The notes beneath the pieces are model-generated. The model saw only the letters and a list, made by a program, of their open reading frames with translations. It did not search any database and was not told the origin of the DNA. DNA of 64,000 nt from Capsulimonadaceae bacterium (GTDB lineage: Bacteria; Armatimonadota; Armatimonadia; Armatimonadales; Capsulimonadaceae): the NCBI GenBank assembly GCA_965215505.1, contig OZ244065.1, positions 1,984,001 through 2,048,000 of the forward strand, given 5' to 3'. Shown here in pieces: positions 17,356 to 25,964 of the stretch. The position numbers and the translations under genes were made by a program. How positions within the stretch are numbered: the stretch's first letter is position 1; each line of letters starts with the position of its first letter.

Positions 17356-19758
17356 ATGGCCGTCAAGACGCCGCCCAACAAGCCCGCCGCGCGGCAGCCG
17401 CGCGCCTCGCAGCCCTCGCGGGCGAAAGATAGCCGCCCGGCGCGGAACAACGAACGCTTCGCCCAGGACATCTGGGGGCTGACTCTGGTCGCCCTGGGAC
17501 TGATCCTGCTGGTCAGCCTGATCGTCGGCGCGCGGGCGGGGCTGCTCGGCGGGGCGCTGGTCCACGGCCTGCGGTCGCTGGTCGGGGTCGGGGCGTGGCT
17601 GTTCCCGTTCTTCCTGAGCGCCATCGGGCTGATGCTGATTCAGGGCCGGGCGCAGCACACGCGGACGAACTTCGCGGGCGGGGCGGCCCTGCTGTTCGTC
17701 ATCGGCATCGCCTGGTGGCACCTGGCCCATACGCCGGACGGCAAGCCGCTGTTTAACGACCTGGAAATGGGCGGCGGGCTGGTCGGGGCGGTCGTCTCGG
17801 CGGGCCTGCGGCGGCTGGTGGGCGACGTGTCCAGCCACATCCTTTTGTTCCTCTTCACCTTGGGTGCGGTCGTCTGGGCCACGGACATGCGCCTGCTGCA
17901 CCTGTTCGACCATGCGGTCGAGGGCGGGCGGCGCGTCGCCGCGCCGGTGACGCAGGGCGCGAAGGCCGGGGCTGCTGCGGCGAAGCAGGGCGCGGCGGCC
18001 TTCCGGGAGCGGTCGGACAGCCGCCGGGAGGAGAAATTAGCCGCCGCAGAGCGCGTCTTCACCCGCCCCACCCTGCCCGCCGAGGCTACCCCCGCTGAGA
18101 CGGCCAAGCTGACGACCAAGGCGAAGCCCGCCGCACTCCCCGCGCCGCTGAAGCCGTTCAAGCCGCTCGTCCCGGCCCTGGACGACGACATGCCGACGGT
18201 GCCGAAGGCGATGCCGCCGCTGGTGACGATGACGGTCCTGCCCGCCGAGAAGCCGAAGGCACCGGAAGGGCCGCTGGTCATCCCGCCATCGCTGGCCGAT
18301 GACGGCACCAAGCATGAGTACATCCTGCCGCCCCTGGAACTGCTGAACGAGGCACCGCCCAAGCCCATCCACCACGAGTCCGCCGCGCTGGAAAAACAGG
18401 CCATCCTGATGCAGACCTTGAACGACTTCAAGATCGGCGCGAACGTCGCCCAGGTCGCGATGGGGCCGACCGTCACGCGCTACGAGGTCCAACTAGAGCC
18501 GGGCATCCTGGTCAAGAAGATCGTCGCGCTGGCCGACAACCTCGCCATGTCGCTCGCCGCCATTGATGTCCGCGTCGAGGCTCCCATCCCCGGCAAAGCG
18601 GCCATCGGCATCGAGGTCCCGAATGATGTCTGCCAGATGGTGTCCCTGCGCGAGTGCCTGGCGACAAACGAGTTCATGTCCGCGCCGTCCAAACTGACCT
18701 TTGCTCTGGGCAAGGACGTGTCCGGGGAGTTCAAGTACGCCGACCTGACCCGGATGCCGCACCTGCTGGTCGGCGGCAGCACCAACAGTGGCAAGAGCGT
18801 CTGCCTGAACACCATCATCAGCTCCATCCTGTACCGCGCAACACCCCGCGAAGTCAAGTTCGTGATGATTGATCCCAAGCGGGTCGAGCTGTCGCTGTAC
18901 GACGGCATCCCGCACCTGCTGGCCCCGGTCATCAAGGACGTCAAGCAGGCGGCGGGCATTTTCCGTTCTGTCCTGAAGGAGATGGAGGAGCGCTACGACC
19001 GCTTCGCCCGCATCGGGACGCGCAACATTGACGGCTTCAACGGCCGCGTCCCGCCCGACGAGCGCCTGCCCTACATCGTGGTCGTCGTGGACGAATTGGC
19101 CGACCTGATGATGCAGCAGGGGCCGGAAGTGGAAACGTCTATCTGCCGCCTCGCCCAGCTCGCCCGCGCAACGGGAATCCATCTGGTCATCGCCACCCAA
19201 AGGCCCTCCGTGGACGTCATCACAGGAACAATCAAAGCCAACATCTCCAGCCGCATCGCCTTCGCCGTGGCGACCCAGGTGGACAGCCGGACCATCATTG
19301 ACATGCCCGGCGCGGACCGCCTGATCGGGCGTGGCGACATGCTGTTCATGCCGATTGACGCCGCCAAACCCGTCCGCGTCCAGGGCTGCTACGTCGGCGA
19401 GCGGGAGACAGAGGAACTGGTCAAGTACCTGCGCGAGCAGGAAGAGGCCGTCTACACCATGATCCCGAGTGAGACCAGCAGCGGCGGCTACGGCGCGGAC
19501 GGGGACGACGACGGCTCCTCAGACGAACTGTTCGAACCCTGCGTCCGCTGGCTCGTCTTGCAGGGCCAGTGCTCCACATCCAGCTTGCAGCGCAAGTTCA
19601 AGATCGGCTACACCCGCGCCGCCCGCCTGGTGGAAGTGATGGAGGCCAAAGGCATCGTCGGCTCCCAGGACGGCGTCAAGCCCCGCGAGATCATGTTGCA
19701 ACGCGAGAACGTGGAAGCGTTCTTTGCGGGGGTGGGGCAGGGCGATGTGGGGCAGTGA
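17356..19758 (+). CDS. ftsK: DNA translocase FtsK/SpoIIIE
   Basis: N-terminal TMs, MPHLLVGGSTNSGKS, VVDELADLMM, ATQRPSVDV, gamma domain LQRKFKIGYTRAAR; TGtTATAAT and AGGAG upstream. Confidence 0.97.
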   Translation: MAVKTPPNKPAARQPRASQPSRAKDSRPARNNERFAQDIWGLTLVALGLILLVSLIVGARAGLLGGALVHGLRSLVGVGAWLFPFFLSAIGLMLIQGRAQHTRTNFAGGAALLFVIGIAWWHLAHTPDGKPLFNDLEMGGGLVGAVVSAGLRRLVGDVSSHILLFLFTLGAVVWATDMRLLHLFDHAVEGGRRVAAPVTQGAKAGAAAAKQGAAAFRERSDSRREEKLAAAERVFTRPTLPAEATPAETAKLTTKAKPAALPAPLKPFKPLVPALDDDMPTVPKAMPPLVTMTVLPAEKPKAPEGPLVIPPSLADDGTKHEYILPPLELLNEAPPKPIHHESAALEKQAILMQTLNDFKIGANVAQVAMGPTVTRYEVQLEPGILVKKIVALADNLAMSLAAIDVRVEAPIPGKAAIGIEVPNDVCQMVSLRECLATNEFMSAPSKLTFALGKDVSGEFKYADLTRMPHLLVGGSTNSGKSVCLNTIISSILYRATPREVKFVMIDPKRVELSLYDGIPHLLAPVIKDVKQAAGIFRSVLKEMEERYDRFARIGTRNIDGFNGRVPPDERLPYIVVVVDELADLMMQQGPEVETSICRLAQLARATGIHLVIATQRPSVDVITGTIKANISSRIAFAVATQVDSRTIIDMPGADRLIGRGDMLFMPIDAAKPVRVQGCYVGERETEELVKYLREQEEAVYTMIPSETSSGGYGADGDDDGSSDELFEPCVRWLVLQGQCSTSSLQRKFKIGYTRAARLVEVMEAKGIVGSQDGVKPREIMLQRENVEAFFAGVGQGDVGQ

Positions 19759-19979
19759 AGACAACCGCCTACTTCGAGGAGCAGGTTCTCCGCAAGCGCC
19801 CCTACATCAAGCCGGAGTGGTGTGAGCAGGCTCTAAAGACACCGGAACGCCTTGAAGTTCAGGAGGATGGCCGTTACCGCTACTGGATATACATCGCCGA
19901 ACAAGACAAGCATCTTCGCGTGGTGACATTGGCAGATGGTGAAACCATCCATAATGCCTTTTTCGACCGCGATTTCTGA
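19755..19979 (+). CDS. Putative toxin (DUF4258/RelE-like), 74 aa
   Basis: GTGA overlap with the ftsK stop; QEDGRYRYW...LRVVTLADGETIHNAFFDR; paired with a DUF2283-like gene. Confidence 0.6.
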   Translation: MKTTAYFEEQVLRKRPYIKPEWCEQALKTPERLEVQEDGRYRYWIYIAEQDKHLRVVTLADGETIHNAFFDRDF

Positions 19980-19992
19980 GGGAACAATCAAG

Positions 19993-20214
19993 ATGAAGCT
20001 TCACTATTATGCCGACACCGACTCACTTTATATTGATCTCAGTGAGAAAACAAGTGTAGAGTCGCGGGAAGTTTCTCCAGGCGTCGTTCTGGACTTCGAC
20101 GACGCGGGCCATCTCTGCGGCATTGATGTTGACCATGCCAGCCAGAACCTTGATCTGTCTCGTCTCGAAGCTGTCTCTCTGCCCGTCGAGATGACCCGAA
20201 TGGTTCATGCCTGA
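19993..20214 (+). CDS. DUF2283 family protein (putative antitoxin)
   Basis: MKLHYYADTDSLYIDL...GVVLDFDDAGHLCGIDV. Confidence 0.8.
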   Translation: MKLHYYADTDSLYIDLSEKTSVESREVSPGVVLDFDDAGHLCGIDVDHASQNLDLSRLEAVSLPVEMTRMVHA

Positions 20215-20410
20215 CCACGGAGCACCGTTAGCAAGCAGAGTGGCATAAGCCCCGCGAGACCATGTTGCAGCGCAAGAATGCGGAAGCGTTCTTCGCGGGG
20301 GTGGGGCAAGGAGATTTAGGACAGTAAATAGGGTATATTATGCCAGCGCCGAGCGGCAAGGGAAGAGAGTCAAAGAAACATAGGGCGGTAAAACCCAGAA
20401 AGAAGGATGT

Positions 20411-20602
20411 ATGAAAAAAGGCAGAAGAGGAATTGACCATCCGCTAGCGAAACTGGATGACGATAAAGTAAGAATGATTAGGAGAGATCATGTTCGCAGT
20501 GGAGGCGGAAAAACTTCCGCTCAGTTTGCTGAAGATTACGACGTGACACAGGGTACGATAGATTCGGCATTTAGCGGTCGGACTTGGAAACATGTGATCT
20601 AG
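20411..20602 (+). CDS. Stand-alone HTH-like tail of phage HNH endonucleases (probable remnant)
   Basis: KGRRGIDHPLAKLDDDKVRMIR...YDVTQGTI...GRTWKHV. Confidence 0.6.
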   Translation: MKKGRRGIDHPLAKLDDDKVRMIRRDHVRSGGGKTSAQFAEDYDVTQGTIDSAFSGRTWKHVI

Positions 20603-20622
20603 GGATCTAAGCCTTGGAGTGC

Positions 20623-20690
20623 AAACCCCGCCCTTGCAGGCGAAGAACCGTTCGGCACGTTCTTCTTCGATTTGCAAAGGTGGGGTTTTC
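20623..20690. terminator. Long imperfect hairpin between convergent genes
   Basis: AAACCCCGCCCTTGCA...TGCAAAGGTGGGGTTTT. Confidence 0.55.
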
Positions 20691-20795
20691 TCTTGTTTAG
20701 CCCAGCCGTTTAGGGTGAGGTACTGAAGTGAAAAGTTTCTGCTCGTCCTACAGCCACTCTCCACTCACTTCATTGGGGCTTGTATCTTATTGCCA

Positions 20796-21182
20796 TCACC
20801 TTTCGGTGATGGCAATGTCATCAAGATGGAAAGAATTCTTGTCAACGTTATCCCTATGCATCTTGATTGTCCAATTCGACCGAATCAAAGCGCCAAAATT
20901 GTTCTGCGAGTCAACGAAGCTAGTGACTGAGTAGTTGTTTGCTGAAGTGATTGTTACGAAAGAGGCGTCAAAATCCGGGTATTTAGCACTTCCTGGTGAC
21001 TTTAAATGGTCATTCACCATTTCTTGTGCTGCTCCGAACACATCATCTTTCTCCTTCTTTTCATTAGCAGCGGCAGCATCTGCTGTCTCCTTTGCCTGCT
21101 CTTCGGGAGAATTGTCCGAACATCCGGTTACAGCAATGGAGAAAGCCGTTAGCAAAAACAGTCGGCGTGTGATAGATAACAT
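20796..21182 (-). CDS. Low-GC lipoprotein of a mobile-element-associated type
   Basis: Lipobox VTGC; LKSPGSAKYP...VDSQNNFGALIRS; GGAG RBS. Confidence 0.65.
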   Translation of the reverse strand: MLSITRRLFLLTAFSIAVTGCSDNSPEEQAKETADAAAANEKKEKDDVFGAAQEMVNDHLKSPGSAKYPDFDASFVTITSANNYSVTSFVDSQNNFGALIRSNWTIKMHRDNVDKNSFHLDDIAITER

Positions 21183-21302
21183 ATAAAGCTCCCAGGTGAA
21201 TTTTCTGTATATTCGCCTATCTCTATGCAGAATCCTTCCACAACTGACGCACAGTGGGAGCTCACTCGCAAAGCATCGAAAGATTTGAACAGGAGCAATA
21301 AC

Positions 21303-21611
21303 ATGACCGTGACGCTCAACCTGAAACCCGAAGTGGAAGCACAGATCGCGCAAAAGGCCGCCGCCGAGGGAACGGAAGTCTCCGACTACTTGGAGAAGAT
21401 GATAGAGCATACCATCAAGCCGGGGCCTCGAGTCGTCTACTCACAGGAACAGCTTGCTAAGAACCAGGCGGCTTTGGCAATGCTGGAGGAGTGGGACAAG
21501 GAAGATAAGACGGACGATCCCGAAGAGATCGCCCGCCGCCAGGCGGACTGGGAGGAGTTCAAGAAGGGCATGAACGAGAACCACACATCCGATAGGATTA
21601 TCTATCCATGA
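21303..21611 (+). CDS. Putative antitoxin (ribbon-helix-helix-like N-terminus)
   Basis: MTVTLNLKPEVEAQIAQKAAAEG...; AGGAG RBS; ATGA overlap with the PIN gene. Confidence 0.65.
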   Translation: MTVTLNLKPEVEAQIAQKAAAEGTEVSDYLEKMIEHTIKPGPRVVYSQEQLAKNQAALAMLEEWDKEDKTDDPEEIARRQADWEEFKKGMNENHTSDRIIYP

Positions 21612-22054
21612 GCGCCGTCGTCATTCTGGATAGCGGCCCAGTGGGGCTGCTGGCACAGCGCAGAGGTGTCGCGCCTGCGTAGGCTTGCCGTCAGTGGCAG
21701 AAGGATTTGCTTGCTGCCGGCGTCCGCGTCATTCTGCCCGAAATTACCGACTATGAGGTGCGCCGGGAGCTTCTGCGGATCAATAGCTTATCCGGCATCA
21801 TGCGCTTGGATCGTCTAGCGGCAGCCGTTGAGTATTTGCCGCTCACCACGGCAGCGATGCGGAAGGCGGCGGAGTTGTGGGCGCTGGTTCGGCAGCAGGG
21901 TAAGCCGACAGCAGACCCGAAAGAGCTTGACGGGGACGTGATTCTAGCGGCTCAGGCCATACTGCTCGGCGCACCGGATTTGGTTGTGGCAACAACAAAC
22001 GTCGGGCATCTATCGCGGTATGTCAACGCGAAGAACTGGCAGGATGTGACATGA
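21608..22054 (+). pseudogene. PIN/VapC-family toxin interrupted by an in-frame TAG at codon 25
   Basis: MSAVVILDSGPVGLL...PA*ACRQW...PEITDYEVRRELLR...LDGDVILAAQA...ATTNVGHL; TAG at 21680-21682. Confidence 0.8.
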
Positions 22055-22353
22055 ATGAAGGTGACAGCGGCGAGGCGACAACCCCGCCTTCTGACGACAG
22101 GGTGCCCGAAGGTTTAGAGACTTACCTACTGAGCGAGTCGGCTCTTGCCAAAGACTGGCTTTCTCCTGAAGAAGACGAGGCGTGGGAACATTTGCAGGAG
22201 CAGGAAGCCGGGACGGGAGAAGGCTCGGCTTACGATCTGTTCAAGGGACTCATCGGGCGCTTTCGGAGCGGCGGTGACGGTGACTGGTCCCAGGATACCG
22301 GCCGTAAGTCCGCCGAGGGAATGGCGGAGAAGCGGCGGCAGGGCCACCTCTAA
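22051..22353 (+). CDS. Antitoxin-like chimeric hypothetical protein
   Basis: LLSESALAKDWLSPEEDEAWEHL followed by a second antitoxin-like tail. Confidence 0.45.
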   Translation: MNEGDSGEATTPPSDDRVPEGLETYLLSESALAKDWLSPEEDEAWEHLQEQEAGTGEGSAYDLFKGLIGRFRSGGDGDWSQDTGRKSAEGMAEKRRQGHL

Positions 22354-22367
22354 AGAGCGGCGAGAAC

Positions 22368-22398
22368 GGGAGGCGAATACCAATCGCCTCCCATTTTT
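22368..22398 (+). terminator. Rho-independent terminator
   Basis: GGGAGGCGA-N7-TCGCCTCCC-ATTTTT. Confidence 0.7.
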
Positions 22399-22422
22399 GA
22401 TTCTGAACGTACACGGCAAGCC

Positions 22423-22450
22423 TAATGCCCCTCGCCGCGCCTGCCGATAA
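22423..22450 (+). promoter_or_regulatory. sigma28/SigD-like promoter upstream of pilC
   Basis: TAAT-N16-GCCGATAA. Confidence 0.55.
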
Positions 22451-22497
22451 TGACACGGAAGAGTAGTGAGTGCGGGCAGAGCGCAGGAGGTAACGCC

Positions 22498-23709
22498 GTG
22501 GCGACATTCGTGTATGAGGCCGTTGATCCGTCGGGCCGGATCGTGAAAAACAAGGTGGAAGGGGACAACGAGCAGGCGGTACTCGCCAGGCTCCACGACC
22601 AGCAGTTCCACATCGTCTCGCTGTCCGAGTCTAAGGGCGGCGTGAAGATGCGGATGGCAGCCGGCAAAGGGCAAAAGATCAAGCTGCAAACGCTGGTCGT
22701 CTTCTCGCGGCAGTTCGCGACGATGATTGACGCGGGCATCCCCATCATCAAGTGCCTGGACATTTTGGAGAGCCAGACCAAAGAAGACGCCATGAAGGCG
22801 GTCATCAACGCCACCCGCAAGGACGTCAAAGGCGGGCTGTCGCTGACCGACGCCATCGCGAAGCACCCGAACGCTTTTTCCAAGCTGTACGTCAACATGA
22901 TCCGGGCGGCGGAGATCGGCGGAATCCTGGACGTGATTTTGGACCGGCTTGCAGGATTCTTGGAGAAGGAAATGGAAATACGCGGCAAGATCAAGTCGGC
23001 GATGATGTACCCCATCATCGTCCTGAACTTCGCCGGCGTCATGGTCCTGGCCTTGTTCATGTTCGTGCTGCCGCGTTTCAAGGAGATATTCCTCTCAATG
23101 AACGTGGAGATGCCGGTCGTGACGCTGGCGCTGTTCTCAATCGGCGACTGGCTGCAAAAGTTTTGGTGGGTCGTCCTGATCCTGGGCGTCGCGGGCTACA
23201 TCGGGTTCAAGCAGTACGACAAGACGACCAAGGGCCACTACAACATTGACAAACTGAAGCTGCGTATCCCGATCTTCGGCGACCTGTCGCTGAAGATGAG
23301 CGTCGCGCGCTTCTGCCGCACCTTCGGCACCCTGATCGCCTCGGGCGTTCCGATGATGCGTTCGCTGGAGATCATCGGCGAGACATCCGGCAACGCGGTC
23401 CTGGCCGAGTCCATCGTCAACGCGCGGGCCTCGATCCGGGAGGGCGCGAAGATCAGCTCGCCGCTGGCGGCCTCGGGCCTGTTCCCTTCCATGGTCACGC
23501 ACATGATCGACGTGGGCGAGGAGACGGGGCGGCTGTCCGAGATGCTGTGCAAGGTCGCCGACTTCTATGACGACGAGGTGGACTCGCTGGTGAAGGGGCT
23601 GACGTCGCTCATTGAGCCGATGCTGATCGTGTTCATGGGCGTCCTGGTCGGCTTCATCGCGGTCTCGGTCATGTCGCCGATCTTCAAACTGGTCAGCTCG
23701 ATTCACTAA
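22498..23709 (+). CDS. pilC: Type IV pilus / T2SS platform protein PilC/GspF
   Basis: FSRQFATMIDAG, MIRAAEIGGIL, KSAMMYP, VGEETGRL, LIEPMLI; AGGAGG + GTG start. Confidence 0.93.
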   Translation: MATFVYEAVDPSGRIVKNKVEGDNEQAVLARLHDQQFHIVSLSESKGGVKMRMAAGKGQKIKLQTLVVFSRQFATMIDAGIPIIKCLDILESQTKEDAMKAVINATRKDVKGGLSLTDAIAKHPNAFSKLYVNMIRAAEIGGILDVILDRLAGFLEKEMEIRGKIKSAMMYPIIVLNFAGVMVLALFMFVLPRFKEIFLSMNVEMPVVTLALFSIGDWLQKFWWVVLILGVAGYIGFKQYDKTTKGHYNIDKLKLRIPIFGDLSLKMSVARFCRTFGTLIASGVPMMRSLEIIGETSGNAVLAESIVNARASIREGAKISSPLAASGLFPSMVTHMIDVGEETGRLSEMLCKVADFYDDEVDSLVKGLTSLIEPMLIVFMGVLVGFIAVSVMSPIFKLVSSIH

Positions 23710-23770
23710 GAGACCCCGCCCCGTCCGCCCACGCAATGGGGCGGCGGACGGGGCGCGGGGTTCTTCAGGC

Positions 23771-25111
23771 ATGGCAGACACAACGAGTTCCGGCACAACA
23801 AGTTCCGGAGAGAAGTCGGGCTGGGACGGGCGCGACCGGCGCGGGCCGAGCCGGCAGGACGACGAGACGCGGGCGCGCAAACTGCTCACCGAGTACAAGG
23901 CCGGCGGGGCGGGCGCGCAGGCCGCCCGCCAGGCGCTCGTCCTCCAATTCCGGCCCCTGGTCCAGAAGCAGGCGCGGCAGTTCCTTTCACCCTCCATTCC
24001 ACTGGAGGACTTGATCCAGGAAGGCTTTTTGGGCTTGATCCACGGCATCGACCAGTACGACCCGACGCGCGGGGTCAAGCTGATCACCTATGCCACCCAC
24101 CACATTGACGGGCACTTGCGCCACTTCCTGCGCGACCGGACCCAGATCATTAAGGAGCCGGCGTGGCTCCAGGAGATGGCCCAGAAGGTGCGGCGCGAGG
24201 CCGAGACGCTGACGCAGGAGATGGGGCGCGAGCCGACCGACGGGGAACTGGCGACGGCTTTGGGGCTGGCCGAGGCGGAGATCGCCCGCATCCGGGCGAC
24301 GCGGGTCATCTTCAACCCGGAGTCACTCGACCAGATGCAGGAGAGCGGGGCGGCTCGCATCCAGGTCGCCGAGAGCAACATGCAGGCCGCCCGGACCGAG
24401 CTGCCCATCGAGGACAAGGTCGTCCTGACGGAAGCCCTGAAGCGGCTGAAGGAGATCGAGCAGAAGGTGCTGTACTCGTTCTACTACGAGGACCGCAGCC
24501 AGACGGACATCGCCAAGTCCCTCGGCGTCTCCAACAACTACGTCTCCCACATCCTCAAAAACTCCGCCCGCAAGTTGCAGCAGATGTTCCGCAGCGACGC
24601 CGTCCGCGAGGCCGCCTTGCAGCACGAGCGCAAGCGCCGCCGTCTAGCCGCGCACGGCCCGGCCGCCCTTGCCGAGGAGGCGGCGGACGACACGCCGCCG
24701 ACCGTCGTTGACCCAGTGACCGGGCTGTACACCCGCCCGTACTTCGAGAGCCGCCTGGACGAAGAGCTGTCCCGCGCCATCCGGCACCAACTGGAGCTGA
24801 CCGTGATCCGCGTCCGGGTCGAGGGCGAGCTGCCCGAGGCAGTCCTGTTCGCCCAGATCGCCCAGACCGTCAAGGACTGCATGCGCCGCTCGGACCTCGT
24901 GGCCCGCTACGAGGAGCGCGAGCTGATCGCGCTGCTGCCGCACACCGGGGCGACGCGCGAGACGGTCGTCGGCCGCCTGCACACCCGGCTGGGCGCGCTG
25001 ACGGCCGGTTTCCCCCACCCCTGTCTTGTCAGCCTGGGTCGGGCCTCCTACCCCGCCCAGCGCCAGCGCGCCGCCCTGCTGACGGCGGCGGCCCCGGAGG
25101 AGCGGGTGTAG
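23771..25111 (+). CDS. SigB/F/G-type sigma factor fused to a degenerate GGDEF domain
   Basis: Regions 2-4 (EDLIQEGFLGL..DQYDPTRG, GREPT..ELA, SQTDIAKSLGVS) followed by DPVTGLYTRPYF..RL.EEL.RA.R and RRSDLVARYEEREL. Confidence 0.85.
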   Translation: MADTTSSGTTSSGEKSGWDGRDRRGPSRQDDETRARKLLTEYKAGGAGAQAARQALVLQFRPLVQKQARQFLSPSIPLEDLIQEGFLGLIHGIDQYDPTRGVKLITYATHHIDGHLRHFLRDRTQIIKEPAWLQEMAQKVRREAETLTQEMGREPTDGELATALGLAEAEIARIRATRVIFNPESLDQMQESGAARIQVAESNMQAARTELPIEDKVVLTEALKRLKEIEQKVLYSFYYEDRSQTDIAKSLGVSNNYVSHILKNSARKLQQMFRSDAVREAALQHERKRRRLAAHGPAALAEEAADDTPPTVVDPVTGLYTRPYFESRLDEELSRAIRHQLELTVIRVRVEGELPEAVLFAQIAQTVKDCMRRSDLVARYEERELIALLPHTGATRETVVGRLHTRLGALTAGFPHPCLVSLGRASYPAQRQRAALLTAAAPEERV

Positions 25112-25221
25112 CCGCGCCCCCAATTTCAAGACACAGAAGCGCCTGCCGCACCAGATGGTGCGGCGGGCGCTTTCGGCTGGCCGGTCCGTCAAAGCCTTCG
25201 TCCACGGCTTGGCCCTCTGCC

Positions 25222-25929
25222 TTATCCCTGATTGGATCGTGACCGCCCGCCGGGAAGCCTCAGCGCAAAGTCGGCCCGGCGAGGACAATACCACTGACGC
25301 CGCCGATGTGCGCTTGCGAGGTAGGCCGCGCCGCAGCCCAGCGTCAGCCAGGAAGCAGGCCAAAGCATGACCGAGAACAGGTCGGGGATGTTCAGCCGGG
25401 TCATGGACACTGCACAGGCAGCCATCAGGGGGAGAAGGGGCCAAGCAGCAGCGGCGTAGAACAGGCCCGTGAGCGCCCGGTCTGGGAACCTCCTGCCGAC
25501 GGCGGCCCCCACGAGGGTCGGCACGACGACGAGGTATTCCAGCATGAACGTGGTCCCGGAGTTGTCGTATAGTCGGAAGGCCGCCATCACCAGGATGGTG
25601 CAGAAGATCAGGGCGGAGGCGATGACGATGTGTATCCCCAACCCGTACAGCACGGCGGCCATGTCCGGGCTGATCCGGCTCTGGCCACGCCGCCACTCCC
25701 AGGCCAGCCGCCGCCCGATGCGGGTGGGGTCGCCGAACTGCACCAGGGCGAGTTCCCACGCCTCCTGCGGCGAACTGCCTAGCTCCTCGTTCGCCGCCAC
25801 AAGGCTTTCTAGGTGTTGCCGGACCTCCTGATGCAGTTGCACGCGCTCCTCGACAGGGAGACGCTTCAGGGGCGCATTGAAGCGCTGGAACCACTGTTCC
25901 ATCCGGGGATCATCAAGCGGGCCGAGCAT
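25222..25929 (-). CDS. Membrane protein with N-terminal HAAS/permease-prefix-like domain
   Basis: LP.EER...QEVRQHLE...AL.QFGDP..IGR followed by 4 TMs; paralog of 26792-27541. Confidence 0.75.
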   Translation of the reverse strand: MLGPLDDPRMEQWFQRFNAPLKRLPVEERVQLHQEVRQHLESLVAANEELGSSPQEAWELALVQFGDPTRIGRRLAWEWRRGQSRISPDMAAVLYGLGIHIVIASALIFCTILVMAAFRLYDNSGTTFMLEYLVVVPTLVGAAVGRRFPDRALTGLFYAAAAWPLLPLMAACAVSMTRLNIPDLFSVMLWPASWLTLGCGAAYLASAHRRRQWYCPRRADFALRLPGGRSRSNQG

Positions 25930-25964
25930 GGTGAACGTGTCCTCTCTTGGGCGCTCCCGCCTAA

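Larger units (their letters stand above)
19678..20327 (+). mobile_element. Small insertion bounded by 81-bp imperfect direct repeats of the ftsK 3' end
   Basis: 19678-19758 versus 20247-20327, 69/81 identical; no recombinase in the window. Confidence 0.65.

Noticed and set aside
20208-20246. Possible integron attC after the DUF2283-like gene (GCCTGAC...GTTAGCA), and the hairpin at 20623-20690
   Set aside because: Too short or lacking proper RYYYAAC/GTTRRRY ends and L boxes; no integrase in the window.
21680-21682. Pyrrolysine or genome-wide TAG recoding
   Set aside because: TAG is used as a normal stop by many core genes here (rplF, rplO, secY, rpoB), and there are no pyl genes.
19755-22353. 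Prophage or complete integrative element
   Set aside because: No integrase, transposase, replication or structural genes; only about 2.6 kb of small cargo.
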